Below are positions 16,721-25,435 of a stretch of DNA of 32,000 nucleotides, in pieces (positions within the stretch are counted from its first letter, which is position 1; each line of letters begins with the position of its first letter). The position numbers and the translations under genes are program-made. Below the pieces are notes generated by a model. It did no database searches. It saw only the letters and a list, made by a program, of their open reading frames with translations, and had not been told where the DNA came from. The DNA comes from Formosa sp. Hel1_33_131 (GTDB lineage Bacteria; Bacteroidota; Bacteroidia; Flavobacteriales; Flavobacteriaceae). The DNA is taken from positions 1,680,001 through 1,712,000 of the forward strand of contig NZ_CP017260.1 in NCBI RefSeq assembly GCF_001735745.1. Reading direction: 5' to 3'.

Positions 16721-18010
16721 ATGAGTACTCAAAAATTCGCAACCCAAGCGTTGCACGCCGGACACAATGTGTCAGAAAATGGAGGCACAAGAGCCGTTCC
16801 AATTTATCAATCGACTGCGTATGTATTTAACAGCTCAGACCATGCTGCTAATTTATTTGCATTGGCAGAACCAGGGAATATTTATACACGTATAAATAAC
16901 CCTACAAACGATATTCTAGAGCAGCGTTTAGCAGCTTTGGAAGGCGGTATTGCCGCAGTGGTGACTGCCTCAGGAACAGCAGCCATTGCAACCAGTTTGT
17001 TGACCTTACTCAAAGCCGGCGACCATATTGTAGCGTCGAGCAGTTTATACGGAGGGACCTACAATTTATTAAGTGTCACACTTCCACGACATGGAATTAC
17101 CACTACTTTTGTAGATCCATCGAATCCAGAAAATTTTAAAACCGCTGCACAAGAAAATACACGCGCCTTTTTTATTGAATCTCTTGGAAATCCAAAACTA
17201 GATGTTTTAGATATCGAAGCAATTTCTAAAGAAGCGAAAGCTTATAAAGTCCCTTTAATTGTGGACAATACAGTGGCAACTCCTTACTTATTAAATCCGA
17301 TCGCTTATGGGGCGAATATCGTAATTCAATCCCTTACAAAGTACATCAATGGAAATGGAACCGCTTTGGGTGGTGCAATCATTGATGCAGGAACCTTTGA
17401 TTGGGGCAGTGGAAAATTCCCCGAATTTACAGAGCCTTCTGCAGGATACCACGGACTCGTTTATAACGAGGTCATTGGTGCAGCCTCTTTTATTGCTAAA
17501 GTGAGAATTGAAGGATTAAGAGATTACGGTGCAGCCTTAAGCCCTTTTAATGCATTTCAAATTATTCAAGGATTAGAAACCCTAGAAATCAGAATTCAGA
17601 AGCACAGTCAAAATGCGCTAGAACTCGCCCAATGGTTACAAAAACAAGAAGATGTGGAATGGGTCAATTATCCAGGATTGGAATCAAGTCCTTATAAAGC
17701 ATTAGCCGATAAATATTTACCAAACGGTCAAAGTGGTATTGTGACTTTCGGAGTCAAAGGAGGCTTTGAAGCGGCTAAAACCATTGCAGATACCACCAAG
17801 TTGTTTTCGTTATTAGCGAACATTGGGGATACAAAATCACTCATTATACATCCAGCAAGTACAACGCATCAACAATTAGACGATGCCGCACAAGAAACAA
17901 CGGGTGTTACTAAAGATTTAATTCGTTTATCTGTTGGACTTGAAAATATCGATGATTTGAAATCGGATTTGATAGAAGCGTTTAAAGTCGTTAAAACTGT
18001 TTTTGCATAA
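16721..18010 (+). CDS. metY: O-acetylhomoserine sulfhydrylase (O-acetylhomoserine aminocarboxypropyltransferase)
   Basis: 429 aa of the Cys/Met-metabolism PLP family. PLP-lysine motif SLTKYINGNG. The N-terminus TQALHAGH...AVPIYQSTAY is typical of MetY/MetZ-type enzymes. Confidence 0.85.
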   Translation: MSTQKFATQALHAGHNVSENGGTRAVPIYQSTAYVFNSSDHAANLFALAEPGNIYTRINNPTNDILEQRLAALEGGIAAVVTASGTAAIATSLLTLLKAGDHIVASSSLYGGTYNLLSVTLPRHGITTTFVDPSNPENFKTAAQENTRAFFIESLGNPKLDVLDIEAISKEAKAYKVPLIVDNTVATPYLLNPIAYGANIVIQSLTKYINGNGTALGGAIIDAGTFDWGSGKFPEFTEPSAGYHGLVYNEVIGAASFIAKVRIEGLRDYGAALSPFNAFQIIQGLETLEIRIQKHSQNALELAQWLQKQEDVEWVNYPGLESSPYKALADKYLPNGQSGIVTFGVKGGFEAAKTIADTTKLFSLLANIGDTKSLIIHPASTTHQQLDDAAQETTGVTKDLIRLSVGLENIDDLKSDLIEAFKVVKTVFA

Positions 18011-18028
18011 TTTATTTAGGACTCCCCA

Positions 18029-19009
18029 ATGAGTACACTACAAAATATAAATTTTAATTATACAACCAAATCTGGTAAGACGACTGCAATAGCGTTGTCT
18101 TACCAGCTATTTGGAAAGCCCTTACATGAGGCGCCTATTGTGATGATCAATCATGCACTCACGGGCAATTCCAATGTCACAGGGGAAGGTGGGTGGTGGA
18201 ACCCAATTGTGGGACCAAATAAAGTCATAGACACCAATGCGTTTACGGTATTGGCGTTTAACATTCCAGGAAATGGGCACGATCAACTGCCAAGCAGTTT
18301 GATTGAAAACTATAAAGATTTTACCGCCCGCGATATCGCTGAAATTTTTGCAATTGCTCTGGAGCATTTAAAAATCAAACAGCTTTTTGCCGTCATAGGA
18401 GGTTCCGTAGGAGGTGGATTGGCATGGGAGCTTGCAGCCCTTAAGCCAGCTTTAATTGAACACCTTATCCCCGTGGCTTCGGATTGGAAGTCAACAGACT
18501 GGCTCATCGCAAATTGCTATATACAAGAACAACTATTAAATAATTCGTCACAGCCTTTGATCGATGCGCGTATGCACGCCATGTCGCTCTATCGAACACC
18601 AGAATCGTTTAAGGCAAAATTTGATCGCATTTTACAAAAAGAAGACAATGTATTTGCGGTTGAAAGCTGGTTAAATTACCACGGAAACGTACTCAACGAT
18701 CGGTTTCAATTGGCCGCTTATAAGATGATGAATCAAGTATTAAAAACGATTGACATCACCCAAGGTAGCCGTGATTTTATTGAAGTGGCTTCAAATATAA
18801 AATCCAACATCCATATTGTGACCATCAACTCGGATTTGTTTTTTAAAGCCAAAGAAAATTGGGATACCTATGTGGATTTGAAATCACACAAAGACAATGT
18901 CTCAATATCAGAAATTCAATCGATTCACGGACATGATGCCTTTTTAATGGAATACGAACAATTAGAAACCATATTAGAGTCGGTTTTTAAACCACAAGAA
19001 GTGTACTGA
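18029..19009 (+). CDS. metX: Homoserine O-acyltransferase, MetX type (acetyl vs succinyl specificity not determinable from sequence by eye)
   Basis: 326 aa alpha/beta hydrolase. Nucleophile elbow GGSVGG and C-terminal catalytic His motif IHGHDAFL. Confidence 0.85.
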   Translation: MSTLQNINFNYTTKSGKTTAIALSYQLFGKPLHEAPIVMINHALTGNSNVTGEGGWWNPIVGPNKVIDTNAFTVLAFNIPGNGHDQLPSSLIENYKDFTARDIAEIFAIALEHLKIKQLFAVIGGSVGGGLAWELAALKPALIEHLIPVASDWKSTDWLIANCYIQEQLLNNSSQPLIDARMHAMSLYRTPESFKAKFDRILQKEDNVFAVESWLNYHGNVLNDRFQLAAYKMMNQVLKTIDITQGSRDFIEVASNIKSNIHIVTINSDLFFKAKENWDTYVDLKSHKDNVSISEIQSIHGHDAFLMEYEQLETILESVFKPQEVY

Positions 19010-19036
19010 TATAGATAGATAAAAAAATAAAAAGTT

Positions 19037-20203
19037 ATGACCCCTAAATATTTTGAAACCAATGCCATTCGCCAACAATTGGATCGTACCGACTACGGAG
19101 AACACTCGACGCCTTTATTTTTAACTTCCAGTTTTGTGTTTGAGGATGCAGAACACATGCGCGCATCCTTTGCTGAAGAAAACGATCAAAATATTTACAG
19201 TCGATTTTCAAATCCAAATACCTCAGAGTTTATAGATAAAGTTGTGACTATGGAAGGTGCCGAAGCAGGGTTTGCTTTTGCTTCTGGAATGGCAGCCGTT
19301 TTTTCAACCTTTGCAGCCTTGTTAAATTCAGGAGATCACATCGTGTCTTGCCAATCTGTTTTTGGTTCTACACATTCGTTGTTTACAAAGTTTTTTCCGA
19401 AATGGAACATTGAAACTTCCTATTTTAAAGTCGATCAATTAGACAGACTTGAAAGTTTGATTCAGCCTAATACCAAAGTTATTTATGCCGAAAGTCCTAC
19501 AAATCCAGCAGTCGATATTTTAGATTTAGAAGCTCTGGGTAAAATCGCTAAAAAACACAATTTAATACTCATTATCGACAATTGTTTTGCATCGCCCTAT
19601 TTACAAAATCCTATTAAATTTGGAGCGGATTTAGTCATCCATTCCGCCACTAAATTGATGGACGGTCAGGGAAGAGTGTTGGGAGGGATTACCGTTGGAA
19701 GTGCCGAATTGATGCATCAGATATATTTGTTTTCAAGAAATACTGGGCCAGCACTGTCTCCGTTTAATGCATGGGTGCTTTCTAAAAGTTTAGAAACCTT
19801 AGGCGTTCGTGTCGATCGTCATTGTAAGAATGCATTAAAAGTGGCCAAATTTCTGGAAAAACATCCGAATGTAAGCGTGGTGAAATATCCCTTTTTAAAG
19901 TCGCATCCGCAGTATAAAATTGCCAAAAAACAGATGCGCAAAGGCGGCAACGTCGTCTCCTTTGAAATTGTAGGAGGCATCAAAGCAGGACAAACTTTTT
20001 TGAATAAAATCAAACTGTGTTCGCTTTCTGCCAACCTAGGTGATTCCAGAACAATTGTGACACACCCTTCTTCCACAACGCACAGTAAATTGTCCGAAGA
20101 AGACCGACTCGAAGCCAGCATTACAAATGGACTCATTAGAGTTTCTGTAGGACTGGAACATCATAAAGATATCATCAGTGATTTAAATCAAGCATTGGGT
20201 TAA
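19037..20203 (+). CDS. Second Cys/Met-metabolism PLP enzyme (O-succinylhomoserine sulfhydrylase MetZ-like, or cystathionine gamma-synthase)
   Basis: 388 aa. Motifs LFLTSSFVFEDAEH, NIYSRFSNPNT, and PLP lysine HSATKLMDGQG. The MetZ-versus-MetB subfamily cannot be resolved without alignment. Confidence 0.8.
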   Translation: MTPKYFETNAIRQQLDRTDYGEHSTPLFLTSSFVFEDAEHMRASFAEENDQNIYSRFSNPNTSEFIDKVVTMEGAEAGFAFASGMAAVFSTFAALLNSGDHIVSCQSVFGSTHSLFTKFFPKWNIETSYFKVDQLDRLESLIQPNTKVIYAESPTNPAVDILDLEALGKIAKKHNLILIIDNCFASPYLQNPIKFGADLVIHSATKLMDGQGRVLGGITVGSAELMHQIYLFSRNTGPALSPFNAWVLSKSLETLGVRVDRHCKNALKVAKFLEKHPNVSVVKYPFLKSHPQYKIAKKQMRKGGNVVSFEIVGGIKAGQTFLNKIKLCSLSANLGDSRTIVTHPSSTTHSKLSEEDRLEASITNGLIRVSVGLEHHKDIISDLNQALG

Positions 20204-20242
20204 TTACCTCCGCTAATTAGTAAATAGATAAAACAGTATAAA

Positions 20243-20500
20243 GTGATTATAAATAAAATTTTTAAACCCAAATCAACCCCAACAAATCAATCCGAAGGCG
20301 TTGCAGATAATGTAAAAAGGAGCCTGTTAAAAACCATCAGCTGGAGGATTATAGGCACGCTTGATACCATCTTAATCTCTTGGGCAATTACAGGCACCTT
20401 AAGCTTAGCATTCTCAATAGGATTTGTAGAGCTAGTCACCAAAATGGTGCTTTATTTTTTTCATGAACGTGCTTGGAATAAAATTAACTGGGGAAGATAA
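20243..20500 (+). CDS. Small two-helix membrane protein, DUF2061 family (probable)
   Basis: 85 aa from a GTG start at 20243. There is no in-frame ATG before residue ~67. The sequence SLLKTISWRIIGTLDTILISWAITG...GFVELVTKMVLYFFHERAWNKINWG matches my memory of the DUF2061 signature. The stop lies 9 nt before cysH. Confidence 0.65.
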   Translation: MIINKIFKPKSTPTNQSEGVADNVKRSLLKTISWRIIGTLDTILISWAITGTLSLAFSIGFVELVTKMVLYFFHERAWNKINWGR

Positions 20501-20509
20501 CAACCGATT

Positions 20510-21118
20510 ATGGATATAGAACAAATCAATACAGAACTTGCCACGAAGACACCGATTGAAATTGTACAATGGGCACTTATACATGGGCAATCTCCCATAG
20601 TGACCACAAATTTCAGACCCTATGAATCGGCTATTTTACATCTGGTTACTAAGGTCGATCCTGCTATTAAAGTCATTTGGTGCGATACAGGTTACAATAC
20701 GTCCAGCACCTATAAACATGCGGCTGAATTGATGGAATCCTTGGCATTAAACATACAGTTATACATCCCAAAACAAACGGCAGCCCACCGCGATGTGGTG
20801 TTGGGAATTCCACAAGTTGACGATCCAAAGCATTCACTATTTACGGAACAAGTAAAACTAGAACCTTTCAAACGAGCGATGGCAGCACACCAACCCGATG
20901 TTTGGTTCACCAACCTAAGAAAAGGACAAACCGCTTTTAGGAACAGTATTGGGATCGTGTCTCGCAGTGCGGACGGCGTTTTAAAAATCAGTCCATTTTA
21001 TCATTTTTCAGATAAAGATTTAGACCAATACCTTAAAGAACACAACCTGCCAAATGAATTCAATTACTTTGATCCAACCAAACAACTAGACACTAGAGAA
21101 TGTGGTTTACACAACTAA
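20510..21118 (+). CDS. cysH: Phosphoadenosine phosphosulfate (PAPS)/APS reductase, thioredoxin-dependent type without Fe-S motif
   Basis: 202 aa. Motifs CDTGYNT, KLEPFKRAM, WFTNLRKGQT, and the C-terminal catalytic RECGLHN. There is no CC...CxxC iron-sulfur motif. Confidence 0.85.
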   Translation: MDIEQINTELATKTPIEIVQWALIHGQSPIVTTNFRPYESAILHLVTKVDPAIKVIWCDTGYNTSSTYKHAAELMESLALNIQLYIPKQTAAHRDVVLGIPQVDDPKHSLFTEQVKLEPFKRAMAAHQPDVWFTNLRKGQTAFRNSIGIVSRSADGVLKISPFYHFSDKDLDQYLKEHNLPNEFNYFDPTKQLDTRECGLHN

Positions 21119-21129
21119 AAAAAAACAAA

Positions 21130-22032
21130 ATGAAAAATACATCCCATATTAATCCGCTCGAAAATGAAGCCATCTATATTTTTAGGGAAGTGGTTGCGCA
21201 GTTTGAAAACCCTGTGTTGCTATTTTCTGGAGGAAAAGATTCCATCACTTTAGTCCGATTGGCTCAAAAAGCCTTTTATCCATCTAAAATCCCTTTTCCA
21301 TTACTTCATATTGATACAGGTCACAATTTTCCAGAAACCATTGAGTTCAGAGACCGATTGACCAAAGAATTAGGGTTGGAATTAATTGTGAGAAATGTAC
21401 AAGATGCCATAGATCAGGGGAAAGTAAAAGAAGAATCCGGACGCTATTCGAGTCGGAATGTTTTACAAACCACCACACTGCTTGAAGCAATAGAAGAATT
21501 CAAATTTGATGCGTGTATAGGAGGTGCGAGACGCGATGAAGAAAAAGCCAGAGCCAAAGAACGTGTATTTTCAATTCGTGACGATTTTGGGCAGTGGGAT
21601 GAAAAAAATCAACGTCCAGAACTTTTTGATATGCTCAATGGTCAAATTGAATTGGGTCAAAATGTACGGGTGTTTCCAATTTCAAATTGGACCGAACTAG
21701 ACGTTTGGTCGTACATCGAACGTGAACAAATCGAAATCCCATCGATCTATTTTGCACACCTTAGAAAAACATTTATTAGAGACGGCATGATTTGGACCAA
21801 CGACGATGCCATTGTTTTTAGAGATGAAGAAGAGGTCGTCCAAGAACGTCTGATCCGATTCAGAACTGTTGGAGACATGAGTTGTACGGCGGCAGTGCTG
21901 TCGGCAGCCAGTGACATCTCCTCGGTAGTTCAAGAAATCAGAGAATCCACTATTTCAGAACGCGGCGCACGAATTGACGACAAACGCTCCGAAGCCGCCA
22001 TGGAAAAACGAAAACAACAGGGTTATTTTTAA
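21130..22032 (+). CDS. cysD: Sulfate adenylyltransferase subunit 2
   Basis: PP-loop LFSGGKDSITL and the CysD-typical C-terminus (RISERGARIDDKRSEAAMEKRKQQGYF). The preferred start is ATG 21130 (MKNTSHINPLENEAIYIFRE). The track start at 21100 overlaps cysH. Confidence 0.92.
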   Translation: MKNTSHINPLENEAIYIFREVVAQFENPVLLFSGGKDSITLVRLAQKAFYPSKIPFPLLHIDTGHNFPETIEFRDRLTKELGLELIVRNVQDAIDQGKVKEESGRYSSRNVLQTTTLLEAIEEFKFDACIGGARRDEEKARAKERVFSIRDDFGQWDEKNQRPELFDMLNGQIELGQNVRVFPISNWTELDVWSYIEREQIEIPSIYFAHLRKTFIRDGMIWTNDDAIVFRDEEEVVQERLIRFRTVGDMSCTAAVLSAASDISSVVQEIRESTISERGARIDDKRSEAAMEKRKQQGYF

Positions 22033-22091
22033 CCGCACCTCAAAGAATAATTAACTAGAAAATAGGACTCCTTAGGAGTTATAAATAATAT

Positions 22092-23339
22092 ATGGAAGTT
22101 TTAAAAATTGCAACAGCAGGAAGTGTCGATGACGGCAAAAGCACTCTAATCGGAAGGCTCCTGTACGACACCAAATCACTGACCAGTGATAAAATTGAAG
22201 CCATCGAAAAAACGAGCAAACAAAAAGGCTATGACTACTTAGATTTTTCGCTTGCTACGGACGGACTTGTGGCCGAAAGAGAACAAGGTATCACGATTGA
22301 TGTGGCGCATATTTATTTTTCGACCGCCAATAAAAGTTACATCATTGCAGACACTCCTGGCCATGTAGAGTACACACGAAACATGATTACAGGTGCATCC
22401 ACATCTCAAGCGGCCATCATTCTTATTGATGCCAGAAAAGGCGTGATTGAGCAAACCAAACGCCACTTTTTTATCAATAATTTATTGCGTGTCAAAGAAG
22501 TCGTAGTCGCAATTAATAAAATGGATTTAGTAGATTTTTCTGAAGAAACGTACAACACCATAAAATCAGATTTTCAGCAATTGTTGAAAGAACGCGATTA
22601 TCAAGATCAGCGAATTACTTTCATTCCAGTCAGTGCTTTAAAAGGAGATAACATCGTTCATCACTCTGAAACGATGACTTGGTACAAAGGCGAAACGCTT
22701 TTGGAACATTTAGAAGCCCTAGACTTTAAAGACATTTACAATGTAGGAACGCCACGGTTTCCTGTACAATCTGTGATCCGTCCAAAAACAGCGGAATTTC
22801 ACGACTTTAGAGGCTATGCAGGAAAAGTGTATGGTGGAGAACTCAGCATTGGCGATACGGTTTTGGCACTGCCTTCTAAAATAAAAACCAAAATCAAATC
22901 AATTTATTTTTACGATCAAGAAGTGCAAACAGCTTCCAGAAGGTCCTCGGTTACCATCACTTTAGAAGATGAAATCAATATCAGTCGGGGCGACATGATT
23001 ACAAAGACCGACAATCCTCCTGTGGTTGACAAACAATTCACAGCAAAAATAGCGTGGATGGATCAGGAACCTTTAAATGTCGGAACTAAATATGTAATTC
23101 AACACGGCGTCAATAAAGTGTTGGCGAAAGTAGATCGCATTCATCATACCATCAAAACAGATTTTTCAGGTATTACTGAAGGTGTTGCCCAGTTAGATTT
23201 AAACGATATCGCCCTCGTTTCTTTCAAACTCAACAAACCTGTTTTTTACGATGCCTTTAAAAACCATAGAACCAATGGCTCTTTTATCATCATTGACCCA
23301 CAAACAAATACCACTGCTGGCGCAGGATTCATTCAATAA
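22092..23339 (+). CDS. cysN: Sulfate adenylyltransferase subunit 1 (GTPase), no fused APS-kinase domain
   Basis: 415 aa. GTPase motifs GSVDDGKST, DTPGH, NKMD. The protein ends right after the EF-Tu-like domains. Confidence 0.92.
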   Translation: MEVLKIATAGSVDDGKSTLIGRLLYDTKSLTSDKIEAIEKTSKQKGYDYLDFSLATDGLVAEREQGITIDVAHIYFSTANKSYIIADTPGHVEYTRNMITGASTSQAAIILIDARKGVIEQTKRHFFINNLLRVKEVVVAINKMDLVDFSEETYNTIKSDFQQLLKERDYQDQRITFIPVSALKGDNIVHHSETMTWYKGETLLEHLEALDFKDIYNVGTPRFPVQSVIRPKTAEFHDFRGYAGKVYGGELSIGDTVLALPSKIKTKIKSIYFYDQEVQTASRRSSVTITLEDEINISRGDMITKTDNPPVVDKQFTAKIAWMDQEPLNVGTKYVIQHGVNKVLAKVDRIHHTIKTDFSGITEGVAQLDLNDIALVSFKLNKPVFYDAFKNHRTNGSFIIIDPQTNTTAGAGFIQ

Positions 23340-23347
23340 GCAAACAA

Positions 23348-25435
23348 ATGCAAAGTTTTAGAACCGAAATAGAAAATCCAATTGTCGAAAAAGACATCAT
23401 CGAATTAGCTCAAAAAATTGAGCAATTTAAAGAGGGAAAACTCGACGAAGAAAAATTCAGAAGCCTTCGTCTCGCGAGAGGCGTTTATGGACAACGCCAA
23501 CAGGGAGTGCAAATGATTCGAATTAAAATTCCGTACGGAAAAATTTCGAGCCATCAATTGCGCCGTATTTCCGAAGTTTCTGACGAGTATTCTCGTGGAC
23601 GCCTTCACATTACAACCCGTCAAGACGTTCAGATTCATTATGTCGATTTGAACCGCACTCCCGAACTGTGGGCAGAATTGGAACGCGATAATGTGACCTT
23701 AAGAGAAGCCTGTGGAAATACGGTCAGAAATGTCACCGCATCCGAAACAGCGGGTTTTGATATCGATGAACCGTTTGATGTATCGCCGTATGCCGATGCA
23801 CTTTTTAAATTCTTTTTGAGAAACCCGATTTGTCAAGAAATGGGACGAAAATTCAAAGTTTCTTTTTCGGCTTCCGATGAAGATACGGGCTTGTCTTACA
23901 TTCATGATCTTGGTTTTATTGCTAAAATTGAAAATAACATTCGAGGATTTAAAGTCATGATTGGTGGCGGATTGGGGTCTCAACCGCGCCATGCCGACAC
24001 GCTTTATAGCTTTTTACCAACCGATCAAATCATTCCTTTAATGGAAGGCGTCTTACGTGTTTTTGATCGCCATGGCGAGCGTAAAAGTCGCTCAAAAGCC
24101 CGCATGAAATTCCTTCTTAAATCGATTGGTTTGGAAGCATTCAGAACACTTATTGAAACAGAGCAAAAAGCCATTGAACAACAAAGTGTCCCGATTGATA
24201 GTAACTCTTTTCCACTCTCTAGTCCTGTTGAAATTGAAGCACCGAAAGTTGAAATAAAAGATAAGAAAACTTATGAGCAATGGAAGTTAACCAATTTAAT
24301 TCCACAAAAACAAGCTGGCTATAAAGCCATTGGAGTCAAAGTATTACTTGGCGATTTTTATACCGACAAAGCAAGAGCATTGGCAGACTTGGTCGAAACC
24401 TATGCAGCGGGCGAACTGCGTTTGACTTTGCGTCAAAACATCGTAATTCCTTTTGTAAGAGAAGATTTAATTCCTGTTTTTTATACCGAATTAGAAAAAT
24501 TAGGATTTACGGAGCTTGGCTATAATAAAGCCGTTGACATCACGGCGTGTCCAGGAACAGATACCTGTAATTTAGGAATTTCAAGCAGTACAGGCATTGC
24601 CCGTGAATTGGAAACGGTTATTAAAACTGAATATCCAGAATATCTCAATAACAAAGATTTAGTCATCAAAATCAGTGGCTGTATGAATGCTTGTGGACAA
24701 CACAACATGGCCAATATTGGTTTTCAAGGAATGTCCATAAAAACGAAAAACAACCTCGTCGCTCCTGCTCTTCAAGTACTGTTGGGCGGAGGAAATTCAG
24801 GAAACGGAATCGGCCGGTTTGCGGACAAAGTCATCAAAGTCCCGAGCAAGCGAGGACCACAAGCTTTACGAGTCATTCTCGACGATTATCAGCTGAATTC
24901 CGATCAAAAAACATTTTACGATTATTATACCGTTCAAGGAGAAAAATATTTTTACAACCTATTAAAAAGTTTGTCAGACAGCAGCAATTTAGCGGATGAT
25001 GAGTATATAGATTGGGGATCTAAGGAATCTTATAAAAAAGCCATTGGAGTTGGAGAATGTGCTGGGGTAGTCATCGATTTAATCTCTACACTCTTTTTAG
25101 AAAGTGATGAAAAAATCACGGATGCACGCGCCGATTTTGAATCAAAATCTTATAATAATGCCATCTATTTTGCGTACAGTTCTATGGTCAATTCTGCCAA
25201 AGCATTATTGTTGTCAAAAGACCACTCTACAAATACGCAGGCATCAATTATCAATCAATTTGATGAGGTTTTTGTTTCTACCAATTTAGTTTCTCTAGGA
25301 TCTACATTTTCGGAGCTTATATATCAAATTAACAAAAATGAACCTTCGGCATCATTTGCTGAAAATTACATTCAAATGGCCAATGAATTTTTAACAACCG
25401 TAAAAGAATTTAGAAAAAATGATCTGGACACTTAA
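23348..25435 (+). CDS. Assimilatory sulfite reductase hemoprotein (siroheme/4Fe-4S, NirA/CysI family) with an extra ~130-aa helical C-terminal extension
   Basis: 695 aa. The cluster/siroheme Cys motif is TACPGTDTCNLG...ISGCMNACGQH. A duplicated NIR_SIR ferredoxin-like half-domain is present. The last ~130 residues (from about ESYKKAIGVGECAG) lie beyond the usual family length. Confidence 0.85.
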   Translation: MQSFRTEIENPIVEKDIIELAQKIEQFKEGKLDEEKFRSLRLARGVYGQRQQGVQMIRIKIPYGKISSHQLRRISEVSDEYSRGRLHITTRQDVQIHYVDLNRTPELWAELERDNVTLREACGNTVRNVTASETAGFDIDEPFDVSPYADALFKFFLRNPICQEMGRKFKVSFSASDEDTGLSYIHDLGFIAKIENNIRGFKVMIGGGLGSQPRHADTLYSFLPTDQIIPLMEGVLRVFDRHGERKSRSKARMKFLLKSIGLEAFRTLIETEQKAIEQQSVPIDSNSFPLSSPVEIEAPKVEIKDKKTYEQWKLTNLIPQKQAGYKAIGVKVLLGDFYTDKARALADLVETYAAGELRLTLRQNIVIPFVREDLIPVFYTELEKLGFTELGYNKAVDITACPGTDTCNLGISSSTGIARELETVIKTEYPEYLNNKDLVIKISGCMNACGQHNMANIGFQGMSIKTKNNLVAPALQVLLGGGNSGNGIGRFADKVIKVPSKRGPQALRVILDDYQLNSDQKTFYDYYTVQGEKYFYNLLKSLSDSSNLADDEYIDWGSKESYKKAIGVGECAGVVIDLISTLFLESDEKITDARADFESKSYNNAIYFAYSSMVNSAKALLLSKDHSTNTQASIINQFDEVFVSTNLVSLGSTFSELIYQINKNEPSASFAENYIQMANEFLTTVKEFRKNDLDT

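Noticed and set aside
18017-18025. The 9-mer TAGGACTCC shared by two intercistronic gaps (18017-18025 before metX and 22064-22072 before cysN, the latter within a small hairpin containing AGGAG)
   Set aside because: There are only two copies, and my rough chance expectation is not negligible (order 0.1 for the pooled gaps). I cannot tie it to any structure or function, and Bacteroidota generally do not rely on SD pairing.
24691-24999. 102-aa Arg/Ser-rich same-strand, out-of-frame ORF inside the sulfite reductase gene
   Set aside because: The main frame carries the conserved Fe-S/siroheme motifs across this exact region. The alternative frame looks like frame-shifted noise, and nothing suggests programmed frameshifting.
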